Assembly: GCA_020891255.1 (NCBI GenBank) | Contig: BQFW01000012.1 | Span: 1,798,001 to 1,862,000, forward strand | DNA from: Entomortierella parvispora E1425 | Taxonomy: Eukaryota; Fungi; Mortierellomycota | Direction of reading: 5' to 3' | Length of the DNA: 64,000 bases | Shown here: positions 25,997 through 37,359 of the stretch, piece by piece | Position numbering within the stretch: the first letter of the stretch is position 1 | Layout: each line of letters opens with the position of its first letter | Notes under the pieces: model-generated | Told to the model about the DNA's origin: nothing | Databases searched by the model: none | The model's input: the letters and a program-made list of their open reading frames with translations, nothing else | Position numbers and translations under genes: made by a program

Positions 25997-27321
25997 TTAG
26001 TTCTTGGGGGTAGGGGTGGGCTTCTTGGGAGCATGGGTCTTCTTGGGAGCGTGGGTCTTCTTGGGAGCGTGGGTCTTCTTGGGAGCGTGGGTCTTCTTGG
26101 GAGCGTGGGTCTTCTTGGGAGCATGCTTCTTGGTGGGGGTCTTCTTGGGGGCATGCTTCTTGGTGGGGGTCTTCTTGGGAGCAGGCTTCTTGGTGGACGC
26201 AGGCTTGGGGGCAGGCTTGCCGGATCCAGCAACCTTGACGGTGATCTTCTTGCGAGCAGCGAACAACTGGGACTTGTCATCATCGGTGGGGTTGGGGAAC
26301 TCAGGGATCAAGGGAGAGCTGGGGCCATAGTTGGCATAGAGGGGGACAACACCCGAGATGGAGCCACCGTTTTCACCCTTGATCTCGATATCGGCGCAGT
26401 TGGAGTACATCTCGCGGTTACCGATGGCGTTGTTCCAGATCCACTGGAAGGTGGCCTTGCCCGAGGGGGCGTTCTTGGGGATTTCGACGGCAACAGAGTA
26501 CTTGTCACCGCTGTTAACACCCTTGAGGCAGTCGCGGATCAAGGTCTTGAGGACAACCCAGGTCTTGCCATCGTCGTACGACAAGGCCCACTGACAATGT
26601 CCACCACCGTGGGAGGCACCAACGCTGTACGCGGTGTGGATGGTCTCACCAGCCTTGTACACGGTGCGCTTGGCGTAAGGGACAGTGTGCTATGTATGAC
26701 AGAGAGGGGTAGACAGATTAGACTTGATGATTCAGCGATCGAAAGGTACTGCACGTCGTTCAGAGGATTGAAAGGGCGGTCTACCTTGCAGATGGGGGCA
26801 TCGATGGCGTCGTGGGTGGAGACAGGCGCGTTGATGTTGTAATCAATGGACTGGCCGGCTATAATGAAATATAAAAAAAAAATTGTCCGATCATTAGGAC
26901 CACAAGCGTGCAATTTCATTTTTTTTCGCGCTTTGGTAACTGTGAACCACAGCCGCCAGGATGTTCATGAGTCCAGGGTGAATAACCCATGGGTTTCTCA
27001 CTCCTGTGTTGTTTATGTTTGTCAGACTGGCAGAATGTCTGTGAGCTTGGTGTGTGTGCGTGTGTGTGTGTTGCAAAGGACCCTGCGAGTGCATAGTTAC
27101 AGGGTGGTTGATCTAGGCGAGAGCAGCTGCGCTGTTGTTGTTGTTGTTGTTGGCGCGTACGAAGGTATGTAGAGCTAGGAAAAAGTCGTACCAGGAGGAG
27201 CAGGGCAGCCCTGAGCAGGCTGGTAACGTCCACAGGGGGTGGAAAGACTGACGTGAGCCTGAGCAGTCATGGCGGACAAGCAGACCATGGCGGTAGCAAT
27301 GACGGAGGTTTTGAACATCAT
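25997..27321 (-). CDS. Secreted AA11-type lytic polysaccharide monooxygenase with a Lys/Pro/His-rich C-terminal tail
   Basis: Exons 27321-27192, 26858-26785, 26689-25997. The signal peptide ends TAQA and is followed directly by His1. Motifs SHGGGHCQ and WIWNNAIGNREMYSNC parallel AA11 HGGGSCQ and WTWFNRIGNREMYMNC. Confidence 0.88.
26021..26200 (-). repeat. Coding tandem repeat: five 18-nt units (THAPKK) plus six 15-nt units (xxxKK type)
   Basis: On the + strand, five units of cttcttgggagc(a/g)tgggt at 26021-26110, then six 15-nt units beginning cttcttgg at 26111-26200. Confidence 0.95.
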
Positions 27322-27448
27322 TTTGTTTGGTTGGTTTCGTGAGTGAGTGAGGGGGTTAAAGGTGAAGGCGAGGAGCGAGAGGAGAAGAGTAGGGTGAAGG
27401 GAAGGGGATTCAGAATTGATACAGAACCAAGAAGGGGTGGGGATGGAG

Positions 27449-27460
27449 GACCTTTTATAC
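27449..27460 (-). promoter_or_regulatory. TATA box of LPMO copy 1 (gtataaaaggtc)
   Basis: About 130 nt upstream of the ATG. The same 12-mer occurs upstream of LPMO copy 2. Confidence 0.6.
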
Positions 27461-30400
27461 AAAACAGGGTCGCTTTGCTTTCCCTCTTCTTTGTTGTTCT
27501 TTGCGTCAATAGACAAAGACCAGGGTCTACATGGAGGGACAAGGTTGCGCGGCGGCTCTTCACCCAATAGATTGCAATTGAAGCCTGTCTGGTCTACACT
27601 CAGGGCACAAACAAGGCGGGTGGAGCGGGGTCTCCACATTCAGCTATCACTTGTTCTTTTGTGCTCTGACGCATCTAATAGGTGGACCTGATTCGATTCA
27701 GTCCAAAAAGGCAAACTGTGAATGTTGGACTTTTTTTTTTTTTTTTTTTTTTTTTGATCCATCTCTCTACGTGTTATTACGTTGCACAAATTCAATTACA
27801 TACAAACCACCGATCATGACCACCATGCATAGTGCGCTATTATAACAGTCCGTGCCAGAAGCCCTCAGGTATCAGGTTCAAGGGGTTAGGGGTTTTTTCT
27901 TTGTGGGCAATAGAGGAATGAGCTGAGGGGCAGTTGCAGCCCTGGAAGAAGAGAAGGTCAGGCAGGGGTCAGCAGTCAGTCTCGCCGGAAATTCAAACGT
28001 TGCGCCCATACAAACGCAAAGACAGACCTTCCTCCGCTCTCAACATCAACTACTGTACTGTACAACGGCAAAAGAAACGATTAGCATCGTCACTTCGGAA
28101 CTTTCAACTTTGAAACCTTAAAAGAGTAATCTCGGGGGGCACAAAGGCACACCCTGGGCAACAACAGGCCATTGTTTTCCACATCGCTCTCGCTTCATTT
28201 CGCCCTCGGACTTTTCTGGCCCTCGAGGGTTTCTCTTTTGGTTCTACCTGGCAACAAACAAACACACCTTGTGATGAGATAGAAATATAGAGGGAGAAAA
28301 GAGAAAAGGATGAATAGCAGCTGGATGCGGTCTCGTTTGTTTCATCTGGGGGTAGGTGTAGCCACCCATTCTCCTGATCATTCTTGAAGTCAGCCCTCTC
28401 CCCTTCGTGTGCGTGTGAACAGAAAGATGGTGAAGTGCAAAACGGATGGAATGTCCTTAGAATAACCGGTTTCCGAGACGCTGGAAGAATTTGTGTATAT
28501 TGCTTTTGTTGATGAACGAACCATAGAGAACCATAACTTTGAAGTAGACCTGCGGCAGTTTCGTGGAAAGAAAAGATACTCGCCACACAGTACGCCGTCT
28601 CGATACCCAATGTTCCCCTGCAGCGCCAAAACAGTGTGGAAGGAGGGCAAGGAACGAGTTGCAATCTTCAGGGCACTAAAATCAGGGCAATTGATCTCTC
28701 AAAAAAAATGCGCTAGTTCACTTCAACCCTCATTGCTGGCCTGATCAAATAGTCTACAATATTACTCTGCCCCACCATCCTCTGCGCTGTATCTATGAGC
28801 TGGGCTTCCATCCGCGAAGTGAAAACGGGTCCCCAAAGTGAGATCGGCCTGTCAGGCGTGTTGGGGCGGTATCCGTATCTTGTGTTGTGTAGCGCGGAGT
28901 CTCACGCGTCATTCTCTGCACGTTTTTTTTCTAGGCGGGAGAGGTCATTATTTTCATTTCCCTCTTGGTATTGAGATGCATGCACCTCGGATAAACAAGC
29001 AAACGGTTTCCTTGAAACCCAGAGACCGGGGGGGGGGCACGAAGATGCTCCGCTCAATGTTACAGGTAAACAAGGTGTGTACCTGCATGTCCTTGACCCC
29101 ACTCTAAGGCTTTGAGAATGTTCTGTGGATAAATAACAATGGCAAAGGGGAAGATTGGAATCCAGATGACCCCGCGCGATACAGAGCAATTGCCCCATCG
29201 TGAACATCCCCACCACCTCCTTTCTCATGGCAACAAACCCTCCCAGGGGTGCCGGATTGGAAAAGGGGCTGAGGTCGAAAAAAATATCGCAGCGTGAGCT
29301 CACTTTGTCACAAATTGTTCATATCTCTATCCCCGAGAGCAGCTCAACGGCCTCGAGATCAGACTAAATTGCAATTTCCCTGACTTGAACTCCAGGGAAC
29401 GGGTGCACGAGTTCACATCCATTACATCCTCTTGTGTTTCTGAAGGGCACCGAACAAAAAACTAGGGCACTATTGCCTCTTCCTTGCAAACGATCGTCGT
29501 ATGAGTTTCTGTCCAATGCTTCGGACATCTGCCAGAAGGCAACATTGTTTTTTGGCGCAAAGGGAGCCCGTTCGATATCAGTGACCAACAAGAGAGGATA
29601 CCTGTCCCTTAGCCTCTCTTCACTCCTTGTCTGTTTCTTGTCCTAGTTTTCGCGTCGCTGTTGAGGTCTAGAGGTACTTGGATTCTTCCATGGGTCAATA
29701 AGCGGATAAACGACCTTGAAGAGCGCGACACAGCGGAGAAAGGAAAGAAATCAGGGCCCCCCGAGGAAGGAGCCACTTCTCCCACGATGTATGTAGTTGG
29801 CTTGGCGCCACCATAAATTGCACAACAAATTTGATTATGCATTGCCATCGCAGATCCATTTTTTTTGAGCCTGGCACTACAGGGACAGACGCGTACAAGA
29901 AAGGTACAGAACAGTGCTTGAACGAGCACATCGGACTCAATTGCTGAGGAATGGCGACAACCAATTGATCAGTCTGCGTATCCATATACTTCGCCCGCGC
30001 AAAGTACGAAGCCAGGAAACGAAGGAAGTCCACTATAATGACGTCGAGCTTGTAAAACGATACTTTTTTTATTTCATCTCCCTGTTCGTTGTGCCCTGGT
30101 GCAGAGTCTTGTTTGCCTTCCCTGACCAGGTCGCCCACCCTGAAGCGTTTTCGTGTGCTCTTTTTCTCCAAACAGAGAGGCAGATAGGGCGGCTAGAATC
30201 TCAAGAAGGAAGCGTTCTTCGAAAGGGAAGGATCGCGCCACGATCTCTTCCATGGGTGGGAGGTGGAGCGTTTGTCTGAGATTGTTTGTTATGGTTTTAT
30301 TGCAATCGAGGAGGGACAAGGGTGGGCACAGACTGAGCATTCTCAATCCCCTCACTTCATCGCTCCACTCCCTCCCCTCTCTTTTCCTCGGTCATCCCTT

Positions 30401-30505
30401 GCCTCCGAATCCCGGGCTTGTTCGATGCACTCCGCCCATTCGTCCCTGAAAAATAAAGATCGAAAAAAAAAAATTGAGAGCAACAAATCCCCGGGATGCC
30501 TTCTC

Positions 30506-30517
30506 GTATAAAAGGTC
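30506..30517 (+). promoter_or_regulatory. TATA box of LPMO copy 2 (gtataaaaggtc)
   Basis: About 170 nt upstream of ATG 30688, followed by a CT-rich 5' UTR. Confidence 0.6.
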
Positions 30518-30687
30518 AGCTTGTCGTCCTTGTTTTTTTTCTTTGTCCTTCGACGCAACAAACCCCCTTCCCCTCAACAGCAACCCCACACAGCTTCTGC
30601 AGCAACCTCCCCATCACCCTTCGTTTACGAATTATCACAGAACAACCACCCTCTTTCTCCTCCTCATCCTCTCTCCAAACCAACAAA

Positions 30688-31477
30688 ATGCTTTTCACTA
30701 AGACCGCTTTCATGGCCGTTGCCTTGGCCTGCCTCTCCGCCTTGTCCGTCGAGGCCCACGTCTCTTTGAAGACCCCTTGCCCCCGTAACGGTCCTTTTGC
30801 CGGATGCAGTGCCACCACTAAGGGTGGACCTGATTATGACATCACCACTCCCATCGGCACCCACGACCGCCAGAACTTCCCCATCTGCAAGGTAGAGTCC
30901 ATTTCTTCTCTCCCATTCATCGGATATATCCAGGTGGACATAACCAAATCTGTTCCTCGCATCATACTAACGGCCTTTTTGTTATCTTTCATCTTAATAG
31001 AACACTGGTATTCAGAAGAAGCGCACCGTTGTCAAGGCCGGTCAGTCCATCAAGACCACCTACAACGTCGGCGCCGCTCACGGTGGCGGACATTGTCAGT
31101 GGGCCTTGTCTTACGACAACGGCAAGACCTGGGTTGTCATCAAGACCTTGATCCGTGATTGCTTGCGCGGTGTCCCCAACTCGGGTTCTTACTCTGTCAG
31201 CGTCCCCATCCCCAAGAACGCTCCCTCTGGCAAGGCCACCTTCCAGTGGCTCTGGAACAACGCCATCGGTAACCGTGAGCTCTACTCCAACTGTGTTGAC
31301 ATTGAGATCAAGGGTACCAACGGTGGCTCCATCAAGGGTGTTGCGCCTTTGATCGCCAACTACGGTCCCAAGTCCCCCATGATCCCCGAGTTCCCCCACC
31401 CCAAGGACAACGACCACCGCGACTTGTTCGCCAAGCGTAAGGCTGTTACTATCAAGGTCGCCAAGAGCAACAAGTAA
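30688..31477 (+). CDS. Secreted AA11-type lytic polysaccharide monooxygenase, tail-less copy
   Basis: Exons 30688-30891 and 31001-31477. The signal peptide ends SVEA and is followed by His1. Motifs AHGGGHCQ and WLWNNAIGNRELYSNC. Confidence 0.88.
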
Positions 31478-31796
31478 AAACACCCTTTTGCTTTTCATGG
31501 CTCTTGTGTCTGTGAGCTGACGTGAGCGAAAAAACTTGAGGCAAGAAAAAGAGGGTTGACACCAATAAAACCAGTGCTTTTGGGCGTCAATCTCTACTCC
31601 CCTCACTCCTTTTCATTCAAGAGCAACAGCAGCAACAGCAACAGCAACAACATCCAATTGCACAAAAAATATCCCAATAAAAAATCCTCATAGAATGAGG
31701 GACTCACTGCTGGTCAGGGAGTTTTCTCACAATGTGCAATTGCATCTCAAAAGCTTTCTATTTTCTAAAAGGGTCTCTATAGTTTCTATTGCGATT

Positions 31797-33689
31797 TTAA
31801 ACGGCCTTCTTTTCCTTCAACACCTTGATTCGCTCCTCGTCATATCCAAGCACGTCTCTCAAGATTTCATCCGTATGCTGTCCCAGCATTGGTGGCGGGA
31901 TCCGGATGCTGGGCTTTGTATCCGAGTATTTGACAGGAATGCCTGCAACCTTAATTTTGCCTGCCTTCGGGTGGTCGATTTCCTGGATCATGTCCCGAGC
32001 GACGACTTGGGGATGAGCGAACGTCTGGGCAATGTTGTTGATGGGCGCAAAGGGGATACCGCGGCCCTCCAGAGCCTTCAACCAGACCTCGTTATCCTTG
32101 GTCTTTAACTTTTGTGTCAGAATCTGAATAAGTTCTTTTCGATTTCGAACTCGATCTTTGTTGGTCTTGTATTCAGCCATCTCAGGCAGATGCTCCAGTC
32201 CCATGACAGAACACAAGATCTTGAACTGGCCATCGTTGCCGGCGCCAATCATGATGTGTGAATCCCGACTGGGCAGGACTTGGTATGGAACAATAGAAGG
32301 GTGAGAAGTGCCCATCCGTTTGGCCTCCTGTCCCGCAATGAGATAGCTGCTTCCGATGTTGGCCAAGGTCACAACCTGAGAATCTAAAAGCGAGCAGTCA
32401 ATGTGTTGACCCCGTCCAGTTTTATAGCGCGCCAAGATGGCGGCCATGATAGCCCCGTGGGCGTAGAGCCCTGTTGTCAAGTCTGTGACGGCCACGCCGA
32501 CCTTTACGGGTGTTCCGTTTTCCTCGCCAGTGATATACATAAGTCCAGCCTCTGCCTCGATCATCACATCATAGCCAGGTCGATTTCTGTAAGGGCCAGT
32601 CTGTCCGTATCCTATTGAAGAAGGACAGTCGGGAGTTAGCATTGTGTTCGAAGCATATGACAGCGGGTCGATCTCTTTCTTCATTACCTGTGATAGATGT
32701 GTAAATCAGTCGGGGGTTCAGGGCCCTCAAGGTCTCGTAACCAAGACCCATTTCATCCAGTTTGCCTGGAACGTAGTTCTCCACGAGGACATCAACCTTG
32801 GTCGCTAAATCCTGGACCAACTTCCTTCCCTCTTCCGATCGAATGTTGACTGTAATGGACTTTTTGTTCCTGTTTACTCCCAAAAAGTATGCGCTTTCCT
32901 GTCCAGTAAGGTCGGTCGGATCCGCGTTCTTAGCAAAAGGAGGTCCCCACGCACGAGTGTCGTCTCCGCCCTTTGGGTTCTCAATCTTGATCACCTCGGC
33001 GCTGCGGGAAGGAGTTTGAAAAAAAAGAGAATGTGACGAGATGGTTAGTTTCTTTGTGGAGAAAGACAGGCGGGCGGGCGGAGGCGGTTAAATTGATCCG
33101 CTGTTCTCCTGTTGTCATCGTTCACTTTACCCAAGATCTCCAAGCAATTGGGTGCAGTATGGACCAGCTAAAGCGAGAACACCAGTAGAAAAGCAGCAGA
33201 GCGGTTAAATATCGAAATATCGATCATATTCCACTGATCGATAATGGCCCAACGTTCCACAGACGAACAAAAGCCCGTGAGAAACAAAGGACAAACCGTC
33301 AGATTTATCTTACCAAGAACGCGCGTCAAGTCCAAGACTCGAATGCCATCCAAGGGAGCGGCAGGCTGTTCGTTTGCCTCGGATGATTGACCAGTCGACG
33401 TAGCTCTGCCCTGGTGTGTCTTGGATAGCAGGGACTCAATCGTGTTCTCGTTGTTCCCAACCTTTGCGTCTTTTTGTGGGTGCTGTGGAACTGTTTCGCT
33501 GCCAGCTGTGCTCCGTTGATGATCGCGTGCTCGAGCTGTGTAAGAGAAGAGTCGGGTTTGCAAAGAAATTGAGCGCACATCCATTAGGGCAGTGGTGCGG
33601 AGGGGCATAGTGCAGTTCCTGGACAGAAGTGAAGTGGCGGTTCTTCTGGCGGTCAGCCCGAGGACTGAGGAAGAGGATGCCTGCATCAT
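31797..33689 (-). CDS. Family III (CaiB/BaiF) CoA-transferase, SUGCT-like, with probable mitochondrial presequence
   Basis: Exons 33689-33314, 33167-33131, 33001-32688, 32611-31797. [62 protein letters not shown] (catalytic Asp). The N-terminus is Arg/Ser/Thr-rich and lacks acidic residues. Confidence 0.93.
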
Positions 33690-34149
33690 TGAGCAGAAGT
33701 GGAATGGAATGTAGTAGATGAGAAAACTGTCTGCTGCAAGGAGAGAGCAGAGAAGTGGTGATGTAGAAAATGAGGAGAGCAGGAGGGAATGGGAAGACCG
33801 AGAGAATGTTGCAAAAGAGGAATGAGAAGTCGACTGGCTTCACCGCCACCTATTTTATTCTTAATTTTTATCATGATATTTTTAAGGCGCCCACAGGCAC
33901 AACCACTGAACTTCCGAGAGCATTGGGGCAGTTCACCTTTGTCGCTATCATCTCGGCATACTCTTGTTCTTTCATTCCAGCCTGCTGCTTCATATATTGC
34001 CTCATGATACGCACATGTAGTTTTTGTCGTTTAGTTTATTAATACCATGGTGTTTTTATTGAAGATATTTACAATTGTTTGCTAGATGTTTGCTAGACCT
34101 GCCAGACCTGTCCAGCTTGCGTCTGCCGAGGCCGCCGGTTGCTCATCTT

Positions 34150-35238
34150 TTAAGCAGTCGTCGCAGAAGCCTTTTCAAGGGCCTCAGCCTTAGCCTTTGC
34201 TGCTGCCTCTTGCTTGGCAATGATGGCATTGGCTTCAGCCTCCCAGGCTTGGGCCTGAGTGCCGCTGTTAGGGTCAAAGAAAGGAATCTCGCCCGAGACG
34301 GTAACACGGAGTCCACGTCTGAAGAACGGTTTGAAGTCTGGGACTCCAGTGTGGAAGGTGGAGCGGTTGTCCCAGATAGCCACACTGTGCTTGGCCCAGC
34401 GGAAACGGACCTGGTAGTCGAGACGCTTGGACACCAAATCGTGCAAGTACTCCAAAATCCACTTGGACTCGGCCTGGGACACATTGTTGATCTCACGGGT
34501 GAAGACGGCGTTCACAAAGACAGACTTCCAGCCAGTCACTGGGTTGGTACGGATGACGGGGTGCTCGGTGTCGTTGAGCTTTCCAAAGGTCTTGCGACCA
34601 GTCAGCGCCTGGAGGACCTTGAAGTTATCAGAAGAGTGCGTGGCAGTCAATCCCTCGAGGAACTTCTTGATTGGCTCCGAGAGACCATCGTAGAGAGCGT
34701 AGCCGTTGCTCCAAGCAGTGTCACCACCAGACTCGGGGATCTCGTCAAAGGTCAAGATCGAGAAGGATGAAGGGGCAGGTTCGAAGGAGACGTCCGAATG
34801 CCAAGAGTTGTTGGTGTTGTAGCGAGCTGGTGGCTGGTAGCGAGAGTCCAGAACAATGACCTCGGGGTTAGCCTGGTTGTGGGGGATCAAGGGGTGGACG
34901 TGAAGAGGTCCCCAGCGCTTTCCAAGCTTGACGTGTTCAGCGAGGTCCAAATCTTCTTGGTCCCGGAAAAAGACGACACCGCGCTCGGCAATCAAAGCTG
35001 CAAGCTCCTCGCTTTGCTGCTCAGTAAGTTCGGAGAGGCGAATGCCATGCAACTCGGTTCCGAACTTTGGAGTGTAGTCGATACGCTTGGTGACACTGGC
35101 AAATAGGGCCTTCTTCTCGGGGTCAGCGCCCTTGCCAGCAACGCGGGTGGCATGGGTGTTGCGGTCGGACAAGGCCTCGTCTTGCTGGGAGGCATCGAGA
35201 ATGATCTTCTCGGCGGTAGTGATTGCGGTAACAGACAT
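34150..35238 (-). CDS. Fe(II)/2-oxoglutarate dioxygenase, TauD/TfdA family, copy 2 (intronless)
   Basis: Single 362-aa ORF with WHSDVSFE, GGDTAW, HPVIRTNPVTG, WDNRSTFH. Clearly paralogous to 23636-24780. Confidence 0.96.
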   Translation of the reverse strand: MSVTAITTAEKIILDASQQDEALSDRNTHATRVAGKGADPEKKALFASVTKRIDYTPKFGTELHGIRLSELTEQQSEELAALIAERGVVFFRDQEDLDLAEHVKLGKRWGPLHVHPLIPHNQANPEVIVLDSRYQPPARYNTNNSWHSDVSFEPAPSSFSILTFDEIPESGGDTAWSNGYALYDGLSEPIKKFLEGLTATHSSDNFKVLQALTGRKTFGKLNDTEHPVIRTNPVTGWKSVFVNAVFTREINNVSQAESKWILEYLHDLVSKRLDYQVRFRWAKHSVAIWDNRSTFHTGVPDFKPFFRRGLRVTVSGEIPFFDPNSGTQAQAWEAEANAIIAKQEAAAKAKAEALEKASATTA

Positions 35239-37359
35239 AGTAGCTTGAGGTGTGAGAGGTGGATGTGTGGCGAGGGAGTTCTTTCTCTGGTAGAGAGGCT
35301 TCTTTTTTTATTTGATTGCGGTAGAGAATAATGAAAAAGGAGCGCGTCCCAAGCATTCCTTTTATAAGAGGCCAAGAGTGAATCTTTATCCGATCGCTGG
35401 GTGAACTTTCAGCATGAAAAACCACGGGGAAATGACCAGTGCGCAAACATATGGCATTTGCGCGGGAAACGAGAGGAACGACATCCTTGGAAAGATAAAC
35501 AGCCCTTTGCAAAACGCGAACAAGAGAGTCACAATGAGGCGATGGGATTGACAAGATCTCTGAAGACTTTCACGTTGGATTCATTTCCGATGGTCTGTGT
35601 TAGCTCAAGCGAGAGGGTATAAGGTCATCTAGCGCGTTCAACAGACCAAATGGCTGCATTGGTGGCAATGGTCGTGGCGCGTGAAGGGTGGCTAGAATGG
35701 CGACATGATCTTGGTCTGTGGCATCAACAATCAGCGCCAAGGGACGGTCTACAATGATCGCACGGCACAGAAGGTCAAAATTCACCAAGGGCTCATTTGA
35801 ACTCTACCGGATTTTGCCCTCTTCCCAGCTGGCGAAATCTGTTGTGCACAGAAAGCCTCGCAATGCAACCCTATTGAGAGTAGGAGCAAGGGGGCAATAC
35901 GTTTTCTTTTCCTTTTGGAAACAATTGTCCGGAATCTCCACCACCGATAATCACACATTTGAGGAGGCAGTTGCGTCCGCTCACAAAAGTTATTGGCGGA
36001 CGATACGATGACGCCAGAGTCTATGGTGGCATTCGTCAGCCATCAGCAAAAGATGAATTCGATATCGGACACGGAGGCACGCTCCTCTTTTGAGGTTGTC
36101 AAAGTATGAGAGGCAGCCCCTCACTTGTGCAATGGTACGATTTGACATCAACCACTCGAGGCCAAATTCATTTTGAGTCCCCGAGGGGTTCATGAGTTCA
36201 GTCAGACAACAGGACTCCTTGACTCCCAAAATCAACCAACATCCTGCCACTTTGATTGCAGTGTTTCTTCTCTAACTGCTGAAACAAACGATTGCAATTC
36301 ACTTTGAAGGTCAGGTATGTATTGTTTTCTCCCAGACAGACTTATATGTGCTTCTCTTCTGCAGAAAGTACCGTGAGAGGCACTCGCTTTTTTTTTTTTT
36401 TTTTTTTTTTTTGCCGAAGTCTATCAAACAGAGCACCAAAAAGACGCGTCTTTTCGCCGAAATTGCAACATTTCCAGTCCCGAGTTACACGAAAAGTTAT
36501 CAAAACGGGAGCAGGATGGCCCTCGCTTGATCGCTCTTTTGGCCGTACCAATCCTCGCTTCCAAGACGGGGAGAAAACTGCCCCATTGGGCCTCAAACAG
36601 GTTTTCTCGTTCCCCCCACAAGTTCAGAGCCAAACAGGCGTTACAGAGGCGACATTTTCTGTTGCGTCTTCATCAGTAAAAGAAGTGTCATTTTTTCGCA
36701 GTTTTTTATCCTCACTTTTATCACCTGGGCCAAGCATGTCCTCAACGGGCGCCGCATGACACCATTCAACTACAACCAGAAAGAAAGATCGTCATATCAC
36801 TCGATCCTCTGCACACACACATTGCCTTCAGGGACCCTTGTCAATTCAGGTTTTGTTTGTTACCCCCCTCACCTGGCCTTCATTCTCTGTGCCTGGAACA
36901 AAAAAGGTGACAGGATCACGGTTTTGCCATCATCGATTTTCAACGACCTGGATTTCTCTTCTTCAAAGTGTCGAGAGTCTGTCGGAGGCCCTTCAGAAAG
37001 GCGAGAAAAGCCCGTTTTGCAGTCGCGTGTGGGTGCGTGCTCTTGCGATCGAGGGTTTTGGGGACTAGGAAGTTGCGGAAGTTCGGACAAAAAAAAAAAG
37101 GTATTTATAATGGCGTCCATGCCATCACCTTCCACTTTTTTTTTGTTCTTTGACCCGTCGAGCCTTCACAATTGCTAGCCCTCCGATCAACGCCCTTCTG
37201 TCCTTCTCTCCCCATACCGCGTGCTCTTTCCACCCGCGGAAAAGTCCCCTTCCCTTTCATCCTACTATTGTCACTCTCTCGCCTGTATATAACCCTAGCC
37301 AGCACTGCATTGACCTTCCAATTAGCCTTATATCCAACCCCTAATCACGCACCATCACC

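Noticed and set aside
26004-26842. Plus-strand Gly/Leu-rich ORFs, and tandem units superficially like a CRISPR array
   Set aside because: These are antisense readings of the LPMO coding repeat. The units are contiguous with no unique spacers, and this is a eukaryotic genome with no cas genes.
27700-30400. ORFs (186, 158, 133 aa) or a transposon remnant between the two LPMOs
   Set aside because: No transposase or RT motifs, terminal repeats or splice-consistent gene model; treated as regulatory spacer.
35600-36250. Possible decayed enzyme gene on the minus strand (fragments LLMADECH, CVIIGGGDSG, PLALIVDATD resembling NTPase or Rossmann motifs)
   Set aside because: The fragments lie in different frames, are short, and give no coherent family. 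Chance similarity cannot be excluded without tBLASTn/HMM searches.
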